Shown piece by piece: positions 24,375 to 32,843 of a DNA stretch of 37,619 nucleotides; positions within the stretch are counted from its first letter, which is position 1, and each line of letters opens with the position of its first letter. Source of the DNA: an uncultured Candidatus Saccharibacteria bacterium (lineage in GTDB: Bacteria > Patescibacteriota > Doudnabacteria > UBA920); contig CAZGCV010000003.1 of assembly GCA_964524735.1 (NCBI GenBank), forward strand, positions 7,637 to 45,255, in the 5' to 3' direction. A program made the translations under genes and the position numbers. The notes beneath the pieces are model-generated. The model worked only from the letters and a program-made list of their open reading frames with translations, made no database searches and was not told where the DNA came from.

Positions 24375-25658
24375 ATGCAATATGCTTTTGTACTAGGACG
24401 TGTTTTTACTCTCTCACTTGCGGAGTTGTTCTCTTATTTTAAAACTCATAATATTGAAGTTAGTATTGTTGATTGTTCTCCAGAAGTTTTAATAGTAGAG
24501 GTCCCTGCTCAGCTCGATATCCAAAAAATTCAAAAGGAGCTTGGTGGTGTTGTAAAGATTTTGCGCATCGTTGATGTTAAAACTAAGCGCGAAACAGATT
24601 CTATTAACTTCGCATTGCAGCATTACTTTAAACCTAGCAAGTTAAAAACTGATTTCTTAAAGAATTACAAAGGGAAGATTCAATTTGGGGTTAGTGTGTA
24701 TTTGCTTGAAAGCAATGTTCAAGCCTTTGGTGAGCCGAAACGTTTGGGTATGTTCATAAAACGTTCAATGCAAGACAGTGGGGCTAGTATACGTTTGGTG
24801 TTACCAGAATTTAATTCTCTTGCTTTAGCTTCTGTGGTGGTGACTAAAAATCTATTACTAGATAAAGGTGCAGAAATTTGTGTAATAGCTAGCAACACGC
24901 AAATTTATGTTGCAAAGACTTTAGCGGTGCAAGACTTTGAAGATTACGGTCGTCGCGACTACCAGCGTCCAGTTAGAGATGATAAGCAAGGTATGATTCC
25001 TCCAAAAGTAGCACAGCTTATGCTGAACTTTGCTGAAACAAAATTGGGAGAGACTATGCTTGATCCGTTTTGTGGTATTGGTACAGTGGTACAAGAAGGG
25101 GTTTTGCTTGGTTATCGCATGCTTGGCAGTGATATTAATTCAGTTGCAATTTCCGGTAGTGAGAAAAATCTTGAATGGTTCAGAAACCGTTACAAAATTT
25201 CTCCTGGTAAATTCCATGTTGAAGTTTCTGATGCAAAAGAAGTTTCTAAGCTTGTTGAGAACTTAGAAAAAATCGGAGCGTTCAAGAGTATTTCAGGAAT
25301 AGTTACTGAAGGATATTTAGGTCCAATGTATACAAAGTTCCCTACCCCGCCTGAGATAGAGAAAAACTTTAACGATCTAGAAGAATTATATACAGCCTCC
25401 TTTCAAGACTGGTTAAAATTTTTATCAAAAGGTGATAAAGTTGTTATTTGCTTCCCTTCTTACAAACATAATAAGGGTTACACAGGCTTCCCTAACCTTG
25501 ACTTTATTACGAAACTTGGATATAATACTGTAGATCTCATTCCCTCTATTTTGGCCGAATCTATGCCGTTTTTAAGACTTACGGATCGAAAAACAGCAAT
25601 TTATGATCGGAAAGACCAAATAGTCGCCAGGGAAATCGTGATTTTTGAAAAGAACTAA
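24375..25658 (+). CDS. putative RNA methyltransferase (UPF0020 / Trm11-Trm14-RlmL-like SAM-dependent N-methylase)
   Basis: MIPPKVAQLMLNFA followed by LDPFCGIGTVVQEG and GSDIN (motifs I/II of the UPF0020 family). The N-terminal ~190 aa could be a THUMP-like RNA-binding module. Confidence 0.55.
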   Translation: MQYAFVLGRVFTLSLAELFSYFKTHNIEVSIVDCSPEVLIVEVPAQLDIQKIQKELGGVVKILRIVDVKTKRETDSINFALQHYFKPSKLKTDFLKNYKGKIQFGVSVYLLESNVQAFGEPKRLGMFIKRSMQDSGASIRLVLPEFNSLALASVVVTKNLLLDKGAEICVIASNTQIYVAKTLAVQDFEDYGRRDYQRPVRDDKQGMIPPKVAQLMLNFAETKLGETMLDPFCGIGTVVQEGVLLGYRMLGSDINSVAISGSEKNLEWFRNRYKISPGKFHVEVSDAKEVSKLVENLEKIGAFKSISGIVTEGYLGPMYTKFPTPPEIEKNFNDLEELYTASFQDWLKFLSKGDKVVICFPSYKHNKGYTGFPNLDFITKLGYNTVDLIPSILAESMPFLRLTDRKTAIYDRKDQIVAREIVIFEKN

Positions 25659-25716
25659 ATTTAAGAATTAACCTTAGAAAAGTCGGCTGCCTTAATCGGT
25701 AAAGATTTGATGAGGA

Positions 25717-25722
25717 TATTAT
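25717..25722 (+). promoter_or_regulatory. -10-like box (TATTAT) 8 nt upstream of the rpmA ATG
   Basis: TATTAT at 25717..25722, ATG at 25731. The only SD-like GAGGA is about 14 nt away. Confidence 0.25.
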
Positions 25723-25730
25723 CGAGATAA

Positions 25731-26081
25731 ATGGCTCATAAGAAAGCCGGAGGATCAACCAGTTTAGGCCGAGACTCCGTATCAAAACGTTTAGGTGTAA
25801 AAATCTTTGGCGACCAGTGGGTTAACAAAGGCGAAATCATTGTTCGTCAGCACGGAAATAAATTCCATGCTGGTGATAATGTAAAAACTGCCGGTGACTC
25901 AACTTTGTACTCTCTTGTAAATGGAGTTGTAAAATTCCAGAACAAAATGATGCGTAAGTTTCATGGCAACCTTCGCAAGACACGCGTTGTAAGTGTTGAA
26001 CCAGTTGCTGTTAAAGGTCAGCGTGATGCTGTCCCAGCTAAGACTGCAAAAGCAGAAAAAGCTGAAGTTGTTACTGAATAA
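25731..26081 (+). CDS. rpmA: 50S ribosomal protein L27 with a ~25-30 aa Lys/Ala/Glu-rich C-terminal extension
   Basis: [29 protein letters not shown]...[15 protein letters not shown]. 116 aa. Confidence 0.93.
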   Translation: MAHKKAGGSTSLGRDSVSKRLGVKIFGDQWVNKGEIIVRQHGNKFHAGDNVKTAGDSTLYSLVNGVVKFQNKMMRKFHGNLRKTRVVSVEPVAVKGQRDAVPAKTAKAEKAEVVTE

Positions 26082-26094
26082 TTACATCAAAGAT

Positions 26095-26125
26095 AAAAGC
26101 CGCTCCAATTAAGGGGCGGCTTTTT
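26095..26125. terminator. bidirectional terminator between rpmA and pyrG
   Basis: AAAAGCCGCTCC / GGGGCGGCTTTT stem (12 pairs including one G-U), loop AATTAA, flanked by A-run and T-run. Confidence 0.7.
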
Positions 26126-26126
26126 A

Positions 26127-27833
26127 TTATCTGCTTTTTACAATAGCGCGGATGAATTCTACAAACAATGGATGTGGACTAAATGGACGAGACTTAAACT
26201 CTGGATGGAATTGAGTGGCAACAAAGAACTTATGTTCTTTTAATTCAATAATTTCGACCAAGCTGCCGTCTGGAGTTGTTCCTGCAATTGTCAGGCCCGC
26301 AGCTTCAAGGCGTTCTCGATACTCATTGTTAAACTCATAGCGGTGTCGATGACGTTCTGAAATTGTATTTGCATTCCGGCCACGACTACCAGGAGAAATC
26401 CAGCCGGCTTTAGCATAAGCCTTCTCTGTTTTGGTTCCAGGAGCCACAACGCAATCCCAAGATCCAAGGCGCATTGTAGCGCCATATTCTCGCTTTAGAA
26501 GCATTTTTTCTTGTTCAGGCATTATATGTATAACAGCGTGTTTTACATTCTCCTGTACCTCTGTGGTGTGAGCATTTCTAATTTTTGCAACATTGCGAGC
26601 AAATTCAATGCTAGCTAACTGCATTCCATAGCAAAGTCCTAAATACGGAATATTCTTAGTACGTGCGTATTTAATAGTTTCAATTATCCCATCAACTCCC
26701 CTGCTGCCGAAACCTCCTGGTACACAGATACCATCAAATTCAGATAAAACTTTTGCTGCGCCTTTCTTTTCAATTTCTACGCTTGATATCCAGTTCAGGT
26801 TTATTTTAGCTTTATTTGCCCAGCTGGCGTGTTTTAACGCTTCGATTACTGAAACGTAAACATCTGCAAGCTGATATGAACCAGTTTCAAAATATTTACC
26901 TACTACAGCAATTTCAAGCTGAGATTTTTGCTCAGCTGTTTTTGTAATGTCTGAAACCAGTTTATTCCACTGTTTCATATCTTTTTTGCGTGGAGGCATA
27001 TTGAATTGTTTGAGTAATTTGTCCGCCAAGCCTTCTTTATCAAAATTTACAGGGACACGGTAGATGCTATCTACATTAGGCGCTGCAATAATATTCTCAG
27101 CTGGAATATTTGTAGTCCAGGCTAATGTTTGTTTGCGCCTGTCATCCATTTTTTCTTCTGCGCGAGCAATAAGAAAATCTGGCTGAATGCCAGAAGCAAC
27201 TAACTGCTTAACAGAATTCTGTACTGGCTTTGATTTCATTTCCCCGATGCTCGGTGGAGTTGGTAAATAGCCAACATGAACGTGGGCGGTGTCGCGACCG
27301 TCTCGATACTTCATTATGCGATTAGCTTCAATGAACAAAATATTTTGATATTCACCTACTGTACCACCAACCTCACAAATTACAAAATCCGCTTTGCGTG
27401 CACGTGCAGCTTGCTCTAGTCGATTAATAATTTCTTCTGGGACATGCAATGCAACTTCTACATCCTCACCTTTAAATTCAAAATTTCTTTCCTTTTGAAT
27501 TATTGTTTGATACAGCTGTCCATTGGTTAAATAGTTTGCTTTGGAGAGGTCAGTATTAAGAAACCTTTCATAATTTCCTAAATCTTGATCTGTTTCCATG
27601 CCGTCATCAGTAACAAAAACTTCCCCGTGTTCTTGTGGACGGATTGTACCAGCATCCACGTTTAAATATGCGTCGCATTTTACAGGCGCAACGCTGTAAC
27701 CACGCGCTTGCAGTAAAGCTGCGATTGCTGAAGTAGTGACACCTTTTCCGACCCCAGAAATAACTCCTCCGGAGACAAAAATAAACTTAGTGTTGAGTTT
27801 CTTAGCTTTGCGTGCTTTTACGTGGTATGACAT
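26127..27833 (-). CDS. pyrG: CTP synthase
   Basis: KFIFVSGGVISGVGKG, the glutamine amidotransferase GLCYGMQ catalytic Cys, and QFHPEFKS. 568 aa. Confidence 0.95.
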   Translation of the reverse strand: MSYHVKARKAKKLNTKFIFVSGGVISGVGKGVTTSAIAALLQARGYSVAPVKCDAYLNVDAGTIRPQEHGEVFVTDDGMETDQDLGNYERFLNTDLSKANYLTNGQLYQTIIQKERNFEFKGEDVEVALHVPEEIINRLEQAARARKADFVICEVGGTVGEYQNILFIEANRIMKYRDGRDTAHVHVGYLPTPPSIGEMKSKPVQNSVKQLVASGIQPDFLIARAEEKMDDRRKQTLAWTTNIPAENIIAAPNVDSIYRVPVNFDKEGLADKLLKQFNMPPRKKDMKQWNKLVSDITKTAEQKSQLEIAVVGKYFETGSYQLADVYVSVIEALKHASWANKAKINLNWISSVEIEKKGAAKVLSEFDGICVPGGFGSRGVDGIIETIKYARTKNIPYLGLCYGMQLASIEFARNVAKIRNAHTTEVQENVKHAVIHIMPEQEKMLLKREYGATMRLGSWDCVVAPGTKTEKAYAKAGWISPGSRGRNANTISERHRHRYEFNNEYRERLEAAGLTIAGTTPDGSLVEIIELKEHKFFVATQFHPEFKSRPFSPHPLFVEFIRAIVKSR

Positions 27834-27846
27834 TTATATTTCGATT

Positions 27847-28872
27847 TTAGTTTGTGAATTTAACTGATTGAACTATGTTTTCTGCTATTTCGACTTGTTT
27901 GGCGTAAGGGATGAAATCTTTCTCTTTCTTGTAATTTAATACTACGTTTTCGTTAATATACTTGTGATACAACATCAATACTTTTTGATTTGGCATTTCA
28001 ATAAAGTAGTACTCAATTCCCTCGCCTTCGGCTCCTTGGGAAAGAATAAGCGTTGTGTTTGTGCCAAATGTCCTCGCTTTTAGCTGGTCACCTATGTTAC
28101 TTCTTTGAATATCTGTAATTGAATCTTCTAGTAACACGGCCCCAAATTTCATATCAATTGTGTTTGGCGTACATTGTCCAGAAGCACCGCAGTATTGAAC
28201 TGGAATTTGATGAAACAATGTGATTTGAGAATACGACATCTTATCGTAATTATAAGGAATGTATATATTCTCGCCATATTCTGCAGCGAATGTATTAGTT
28301 GGATACTCGAATTCGTAAATCAAATCTTTATTTATACTTCTGAAAGTTCGCAGCTTAGGGTTTTCTTCAATATCAAAAAACTTGATGCTTTTTTGAACTG
28401 CTTTTCCTTCATCTTCATGACCTTCCATGTAGTCATCGGCAAAACGAGTGTAGAATTTATAAGCATTGTTTTCGCCGATTGATTCAGTTACAGCAGCACA
28501 TTCAGCCCAATATCTATTAGGGTCTGGAGTTTTACATAGTGCTTCTTGTTCTATCGCTTCACTCATTGGGATAGCTGTCACATATATTATAGGACCATAT
28601 TTATATCCAACATTTTTGTATTGACCATCTGCAGGAATATAAAACATAATACTATGCTCTGATTGTGATACTTGATACCCTTCCCAAGATTCAGGAAGTG
28701 TTAGGCTGAATCCGAATTCTTCATTTCTATAATCTATCCCTTGAACAAATTGCTCTGCGTTACTACCTTGGTTTGAACTAGGGTTTTTAAACGCAACAAT
28801 ATAAATTAAGGTAAGGATTGCTGTGAGTGCTATTACGGCTCCAATTATAATTAAGGTTTTAAATTTACTCAT
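27847..28872 (-). CDS. membrane-anchored extracytoplasmic hypothetical protein
   Basis: 341 aa with N-terminal TM segment LIIIGAVIALTAILTLIYIVAF and no recognised motif. It is wedged between rplI (3-nt gap) and pyrG (13-nt gap). Confidence 0.55.
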   Translation of the reverse strand: MSKFKTLIIIGAVIALTAILTLIYIVAFKNPSSNQGSNAEQFVQGIDYRNEEFGFSLTLPESWEGYQVSQSEHSIMFYIPADGQYKNVGYKYGPIIYVTAIPMSEAIEQEALCKTPDPNRYWAECAAVTESIGENNAYKFYTRFADDYMEGHEDEGKAVQKSIKFFDIEENPKLRTFRSINKDLIYEFEYPTNTFAAEYGENIYIPYNYDKMSYSQITLFHQIPVQYCGASGQCTPNTIDMKFGAVLLEDSITDIQRSNIGDQLKARTFGTNTTLILSQGAEGEGIEYYFIEMPNQKVLMLYHKYINENVVLNYKKEKDFIPYAKQVEIAENIVQSVKFTN

Positions 28873-28875
28873 AGT

Positions 28876-29322
28876 TTACAAACTTTCCAAATTAATTTTA
28901 GTTTTTGCAGTAATGCCCTGTCCTAATTTTATAGTAATGCGATGCTCTCCAATAGTCTTGATTCCGTGAGGGGTATCAATTTGATTTTTTTCCAATTGGA
29001 TTTTAGTTTTCTGGAAAACTGCTGAGATGATATCTTTTTCATTTACCCCGCTAAATACCTGACCCTTGTCACCTGTTTTTACTTTAATAGTAAAAGTTCT
29101 TTTTTCCAGTTCTGCTCGATTTTTTTCTGCTTTCTCTTTGGCTTTTGTGGTTGCGTCGGATTTAGACTTTTGTTCTTTAGCTAATTTAGATTGAGCGTCC
29201 GTGGTTGCCAGACTAGCTAAGCCTTTTTTAATCAGCATGTTTTTAGCAAATCCATCTGCAACATTTTTGATCTCCCCTTTTTTACCAATCTTCGGCACAT
29301 CTTTTAGTAAAATAACTTTCAT
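28876..29322 (-). CDS. rplI: 50S ribosomal protein L9
   Basis: [36 protein letters not shown] matches the L9 N-terminal domain. 148 aa. Confidence 0.85.
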   Translation of the reverse strand: MKVILLKDVPKIGKKGEIKNVADGFAKNMLIKKGLASLATTDAQSKLAKEQKSKSDATTKAKEKAEKNRAELEKRTFTIKVKTGDKGQVFSGVNEKDIISAVFQKTKIQLEKNQIDTPHGIKTIGEHRITIKLGQGITAKTKINLESL

Positions 29323-29350
29323 AATTTTCTGTTAAAATTGCAAAAAATAA

Positions 29351-29374
29351 AAAACCCTCAGGTTTGAGAGTTTT
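29351..29374 (-). terminator. terminator-like hairpin after ftsX, lying inside the only possible rplI leader
   Basis: Minus sense AAAACUCUCA-AACC-UGAGGGUUUU (10 bp, one mismatch) followed by UUAUUUUUUG. It lies 44 nt past the ftsX stop and 28 nt before the rplI ATG. Confidence 0.5.
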
Positions 29375-29417
29375 GGCTCTTTTTTATTATACACGATTTA
29401 TTAAAGGGGGCAAAATT

Positions 29418-30332
29418 TTATTTTTGCAAGTATTTGCGCATTGCTAATACGCTAGAAATAGTACTCAAAGTGAAAGCAATCAGTAATTGAATTAATACCA
29501 AGACAAAGAATATTGCTAAGTTTCCTGTGAATGTAGCACCTGATGATGTTAGATATACGCTTATTCTTGGTAATAATCCTGTATATACAGGGAAGAGTAG
29601 AGAGCTTGTAATTATAGTCGCAAGAATGCTATAAATTAATGCTTCAATAATAAACGGTCCTCGAATATACCAATTCGTAGCACCAACTAAACGCATGATC
29701 TCTACTTCTTCTTTGCGGTTATAAATTGTCAAAGTAATTGTATTGAATATTACCAAAACTGCAATTGAAGAAAATACTGCAATTAAAATTATTCCAACAG
29801 TGATGATGAATTTTAAGAGGTTGTTAAGACGATCTATTAAGACTCGATTGTCTTCAAAGTTTACTTTTTCAATTGCCGCACTATAACGTTCTTCGCCAAG
29901 CATTTTAGCTACTTCTGGATAATCCTCTAATTTTGTAGCTTTAATTTGCAGTGTTGCAGGCAAAGGATTTTCATTCAACTCGCTAACAGATTCCAAAAGT
30001 AATGGGTCATTTTGGTGATCTTGTTTAAATTTAGCAAGAGCTTCTTCTGCAGATACATAGCGTACCTGCTCAATTCGGCTATCTTGTTGTATTTGATCAC
30101 GAATCACAAAAATCTGACTTTCCGCTAAGCCATTTTTAAAGTAAGCGGAAATATCTACACGCTCTTGAATAGTTTTAACAGAAGAGTTCGTAATTACGAA
30201 AAGCAAAGAAAGCACTGAAAGAATAATCAGTGTAATTGTCATGATGAGTGTAGACGCACTTGCCAGCCAAAGATTTCGGCGGAAGTTAGTCAAACCCATT
30301 TTAATAATTCGGAAAAATGAAATAAAGTTCAT
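29418..30332 (-). CDS. ftsX: cell-division ABC transporter permease-like protein FtsX
   Basis: Four TM helices with a large first extracytoplasmic loop, plus the conserved EVEIMRLVGATNWYIRGPF segment. Confidence 0.85.
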   Translation of the reverse strand: MNFISFFRIIKMGLTNFRRNLWLASASTLIMTITLIILSVLSLLFVITNSSVKTIQERVDISAYFKNGLAESQIFVIRDQIQQDSRIEQVRYVSAEEALAKFKQDHQNDPLLLESVSELNENPLPATLQIKATKLEDYPEVAKMLGEERYSAAIEKVNFEDNRVLIDRLNNLLKFIITVGIILIAVFSSIAVLVIFNTITLTIYNRKEEVEIMRLVGATNWYIRGPFIIEALIYSILATIITSSLLFPVYTGLLPRISVYLTSSGATFTGNLAIFFVLVLIQLLIAFTLSTISSVLAMRKYLQK

Positions 30333-30347
30333 TGAGGTTAGACGGCT

Positions 30348-31025
30348 TTATAGTTTGTACTTGCCTTTTTGCTGTTCCAGAGTAATCTGGCCGCCTTCGA
30401 TTGTTATTACACGTTTGTTTATTTTGTTTACCAGTTCCGCTGCATGAGTTGCTAGTAGTACAGTAGTTCCAAGTTTGTTTATTTTGAGCAATAAATCTAA
30501 AACTTCAGCGGCATTTTCTGGATCTAGGTTACCTGTCGGCTCATCTGCTAATAGTAAAACAGGACGATGTGCTAATGATCGAGCGATTGCAACACGCTGA
30601 CGTTCCCCACCAGACATTTCATGAGGAAAGGAATCTTTTTTATGTAATAGTCCTACTAGTTCTAAAATTTTTGGAACATCTTTATTGATGCGATCTTTTG
30701 TATGTCCAGAAACTTCCATTGCAAAAGCAACATTTTCAAATGCTGTACGACGAGGTAAAAGCTTGATATCTTGAAACACCATTCCGATCTTACGACGAAG
30801 ATAAGGAAGGTCAGACTTTTTTACACGAGTCATATCTATTTCATCAATAAGAATACGCCCATCGTCTACAATTTCTTCGCCGATGAGCATTTTCATTAAG
30901 GTAGATTTACCAGCGCCAGACATTCCTACAACAGAAATAAACTCCCCATGGTTAATGTGGAGGTTGATATTATTCAAAGCTTTATTTTTGCCGTAGTATT
31001 TTGTTACGTTGTCGAATCGAATCAT
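30348..31025 (-). CDS. ftsE: cell-division ATP-binding protein FtsE
   Basis: Walker A GMSGAGKST, signature MSGGERQR, Walker B VLLADEPTGNLD. 225 aa, immediately upstream of ftsX. Confidence 0.92.
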   Translation of the reverse strand: MIRFDNVTKYYGKNKALNNINLHINHGEFISVVGMSGAGKSTLMKMLIGEEIVDDGRILIDEIDMTRVKKSDLPYLRRKIGMVFQDIKLLPRRTAFENVAFAMEVSGHTKDRINKDVPKILELVGLLHKKDSFPHEMSGGERQRVAIARSLAHRPVLLLADEPTGNLDPENAAEVLDLLLKINKLGTTVLLATHAAELVNKINKRVITIEGGQITLEQQKGKYKL

Positions 31026-31033
31026 GTAGATTA

Positions 31034-31042
31034 ATTATATCA
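31034..31042 (-). promoter_or_regulatory. extended -10 box (TGATATAAT) 8 nt upstream of the ftsE ATG
   Basis: Reverse complement of 31034..31042 is TGATATAAT, with 8 nt (TAATCTAC) to the ATG at 31025 and no SD. Confidence 0.4.
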
Positions 31043-31072
31043 TATTGTTATATTATTTTAGAAACCCAGTAT

Positions 31073-31101
31073 TTGACTTTTCTATTAAATTATAGTATAA
31101 T
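31073..31101 (+). promoter_or_regulatory. near-consensus sigma70 promoter (TTGACT-17 nt-TATAAT) for ORF 31151..31621
   Basis: TTGACT at 31073..31078, exact 17-nt spacer, TATAAT at 31096..31101. An ACGGAGGA SD sits at about 31131..31138. Confidence 0.55.
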
Positions 31102-31150
31102 TTAATAGTTCGATTTTAAAATAAAAAACTACGGAGGATTTATTATTAAT

Positions 31151-31621
31151 ATGGCAAAAAGTAATGCGGGTACAGCATGTATAATGCTGATTTTAGGTGG
31201 AGAAGGTTTGACTGTTTCGGAAGACATTCTATTATCAGGATTGCGTAATCTATATGGTTATCCGAGCGTTGTGTCCTTTTCTTCTGTGGCAAATGCGCAG
31301 AGGTATTCCGTAAATCACGAAGTTCCAAAGTTTGTGGCTTGTGTTATAACTGCTGTAAATCGCGAAGAAGTCGTAGATTTTTTTGAACAATTATCTTCTG
31401 CCGCGCCTCAATCGGAAAAAGTCTTGATTATAGAATCTGATTCAGGTATCGTTAACCCTTGCGTATCAGTTAATGATGACCTTGGGCAAGATAACTGTCT
31501 ATTTTTTGGGGAACAGAAGCAAGGGGATCTATTTTTCAGAGAGTTAAGGCAAACTTTCGGTATTGAAGAAGACTCGCGTCTGCCGCCGGAGATAATGGTT
31601 AATAGCGCCACTACCACTTAG
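31151..31621 (+). CDS. soluble hypothetical protein (156 aa), monocistronic
   Basis: It has its own consensus promoter, SD and terminator. No TM segment and no known motif. The alternating beta-alpha-like hydrophobic pattern (CIMLILGGEG / KFVACVITAV / KVLIIESDSG) is faintly receiver/flavodoxin-like but lacks the acidic pocket. Confidence 0.5.
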   Translation: MAKSNAGTACIMLILGGEGLTVSEDILLSGLRNLYGYPSVVSFSSVANAQRYSVNHEVPKFVACVITAVNREEVVDFFEQLSSAAPQSEKVLIIESDSGIVNPCVSVNDDLGQDNCLFFGEQKQGDLFFRELRQTFGIEEDSRLPPEIMVNSATTT

Positions 31622-31646
31622 TGGTTCGTATCACCATTTACAATAA

Positions 31647-31675
31647 AAAAACGTTGTTTTTAAAACAACGTTTTT
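31647..31675. terminator. bidirectional terminator between 31151..31621 and prfB
   Basis: 29-nt palindrome AAAAACGTTGTTTT-T-AAAACAACGTTTTT centred on 31661. Confidence 0.7.
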
Positions 31676-31678
31676 ATT

Positions 31679-32770
31679 TTATTTAATTTGGCTTTCTAGA
31701 TATTTCTCGATGAAATTATCTAGCTCTCCATTTAAAACTTTATCTGGATCAGTCTCTTCGTAGTTGGTTCTATGATCCTTAACCATTTTGTAAGGATGCA
31801 AAACGTAAGATCGGATCTGATTCCCCCATTCTGCAGATTTAAATTCCCCGCGGAGTTCTTTTTTTTCTTCAGCAAGTTTTTGGTCTTCTACTTCTTGTAC
31901 CCGAGCAAGCAAAATTTTCATTGCTAATTCTTTGTTTTGATGCTGGCTTCTTTCGTTTTGAATACTAACTTTTATTCCAGTTGGTTTGTGGGTTATGCGA
32001 ATTGCAGAATAAGTTGTGTTAACACTTTGTCCACCGTGACCAGAAGACGTCGTTGCTTCAATTTCTAAATCTTTAGGATCCAATTTAACAGCTTCTTGTT
32101 CTTCTAATTGAGGTAATAGTTCTAAAAGCGCAAAAGAGGTCTCTCGAGTATGAGCGGGGTTAAATGGCGACAAGCGAACTAATCTATGCACCCCCGCTTC
32201 ACTTTTCAGTAGACCGTAAGCAAATGCGCCATGAACGGAAACAGTAACAGATTTGATACCTGCTTCCCCACCTTTGCTTTGATCTATAATTTCAGCTTTC
32301 AGGCCGCGACGTTCACAAAAACGCAGGTATTGTCTTAGTAAAATTTCTGCCCAATCTTGCGCATCGGTTCCCCCAGCCCCAGCATGTATTGAAAAAATTG
32401 CATTATGGTCATCATATTGTTTTGACATTAAAACAATTAATCGGTTTTGGGAATAGCGCTTTTCTAGGTCGTCTACTTGAGAAATTAAAAATTGCTCAGT
32501 TTCTTCTGAGTGGTCTGTGTTACTGGAAATTAATTGCTGTAGTTCAGATATATTGTCTTCAATCTTTTCCCAAAAATCCGAAAATTCTCTTAGAGCATTA
32601 TATTCCTGAGTCACGCTTTGAGCAGTTTCGGGATCATTCCAGAAATCAGCATGCTGCATGTGTTCTTCCAGTTCTAAAGTTTTTTGCTGCTTTTGTTCTA
32701 AATTTAAGTGTGATTTTAAATTCTGAACTTGTTCCAACAGTTGTTCAAGTCTTTTTAAGAGATCGTTCAT
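31679..32770 (-). CDS. prfB: peptide chain release factor 2 (single uninterrupted ORF)
   Basis: SPF tripeptide (RLSPFNP) and GGQ (SGHGGQSVNTT). The 363-aa ORF is continuous, so no +1 frameshift site is needed. Confidence 0.93.
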   Translation of the reverse strand: MNDLLKRLEQLLEQVQNLKSHLNLEQKQQKTLELEEHMQHADFWNDPETAQSVTQEYNALREFSDFWEKIEDNISELQQLISSNTDHSEETEQFLISQVDDLEKRYSQNRLIVLMSKQYDDHNAIFSIHAGAGGTDAQDWAEILLRQYLRFCERRGLKAEIIDQSKGGEAGIKSVTVSVHGAFAYGLLKSEAGVHRLVRLSPFNPAHTRETSFALLELLPQLEEQEAVKLDPKDLEIEATTSSGHGGQSVNTTYSAIRITHKPTGIKVSIQNERSQHQNKELAMKILLARVQEVEDQKLAEEKKELRGEFKSAEWGNQIRSYVLHPYKMVKDHRTNYEETDPDKVLNGELDNFIEKYLESQIK

Positions 32771-32777
32771 AATATTG

Positions 32778-32783
32778 ATTATA
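32778..32783 (-). promoter_or_regulatory. -10 box (TATAAT) 7 nt upstream of the prfB ATG
   Basis: Reverse complement of 32778..32783 is TATAAT, with 7 nt (CAATATT) to the ATG at 32770 and no SD. Confidence 0.35.
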
Positions 32784-32802
32784 CTTTATATTGGAATATA
32801 AA

Positions 32803-32834
32803 AAAATGGTCAAGTAATTAAACTTGACCATTTT
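32803..32834 (-). terminator. rho-independent terminator of the dcd-tmk-thyA-folA transcription unit
   Basis: 13-bp stem AAAATGGTCAAGT / ACTTGACCATTTT with loop AATTAA. On the minus strand it is followed by UUUAUAUU. Confidence 0.7.
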
Positions 32835-32843
32835 CGTGTTGAA

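Noticed and set aside
31679-32770. Looked for the programmed +1 frameshift (CUU UGA C) typical of many prfB genes.
   Set aside because: The ORF is continuous over the full 363 aa from MNDLLKRLE..., so no frameshift is required. This is a common, unremarkable variant.
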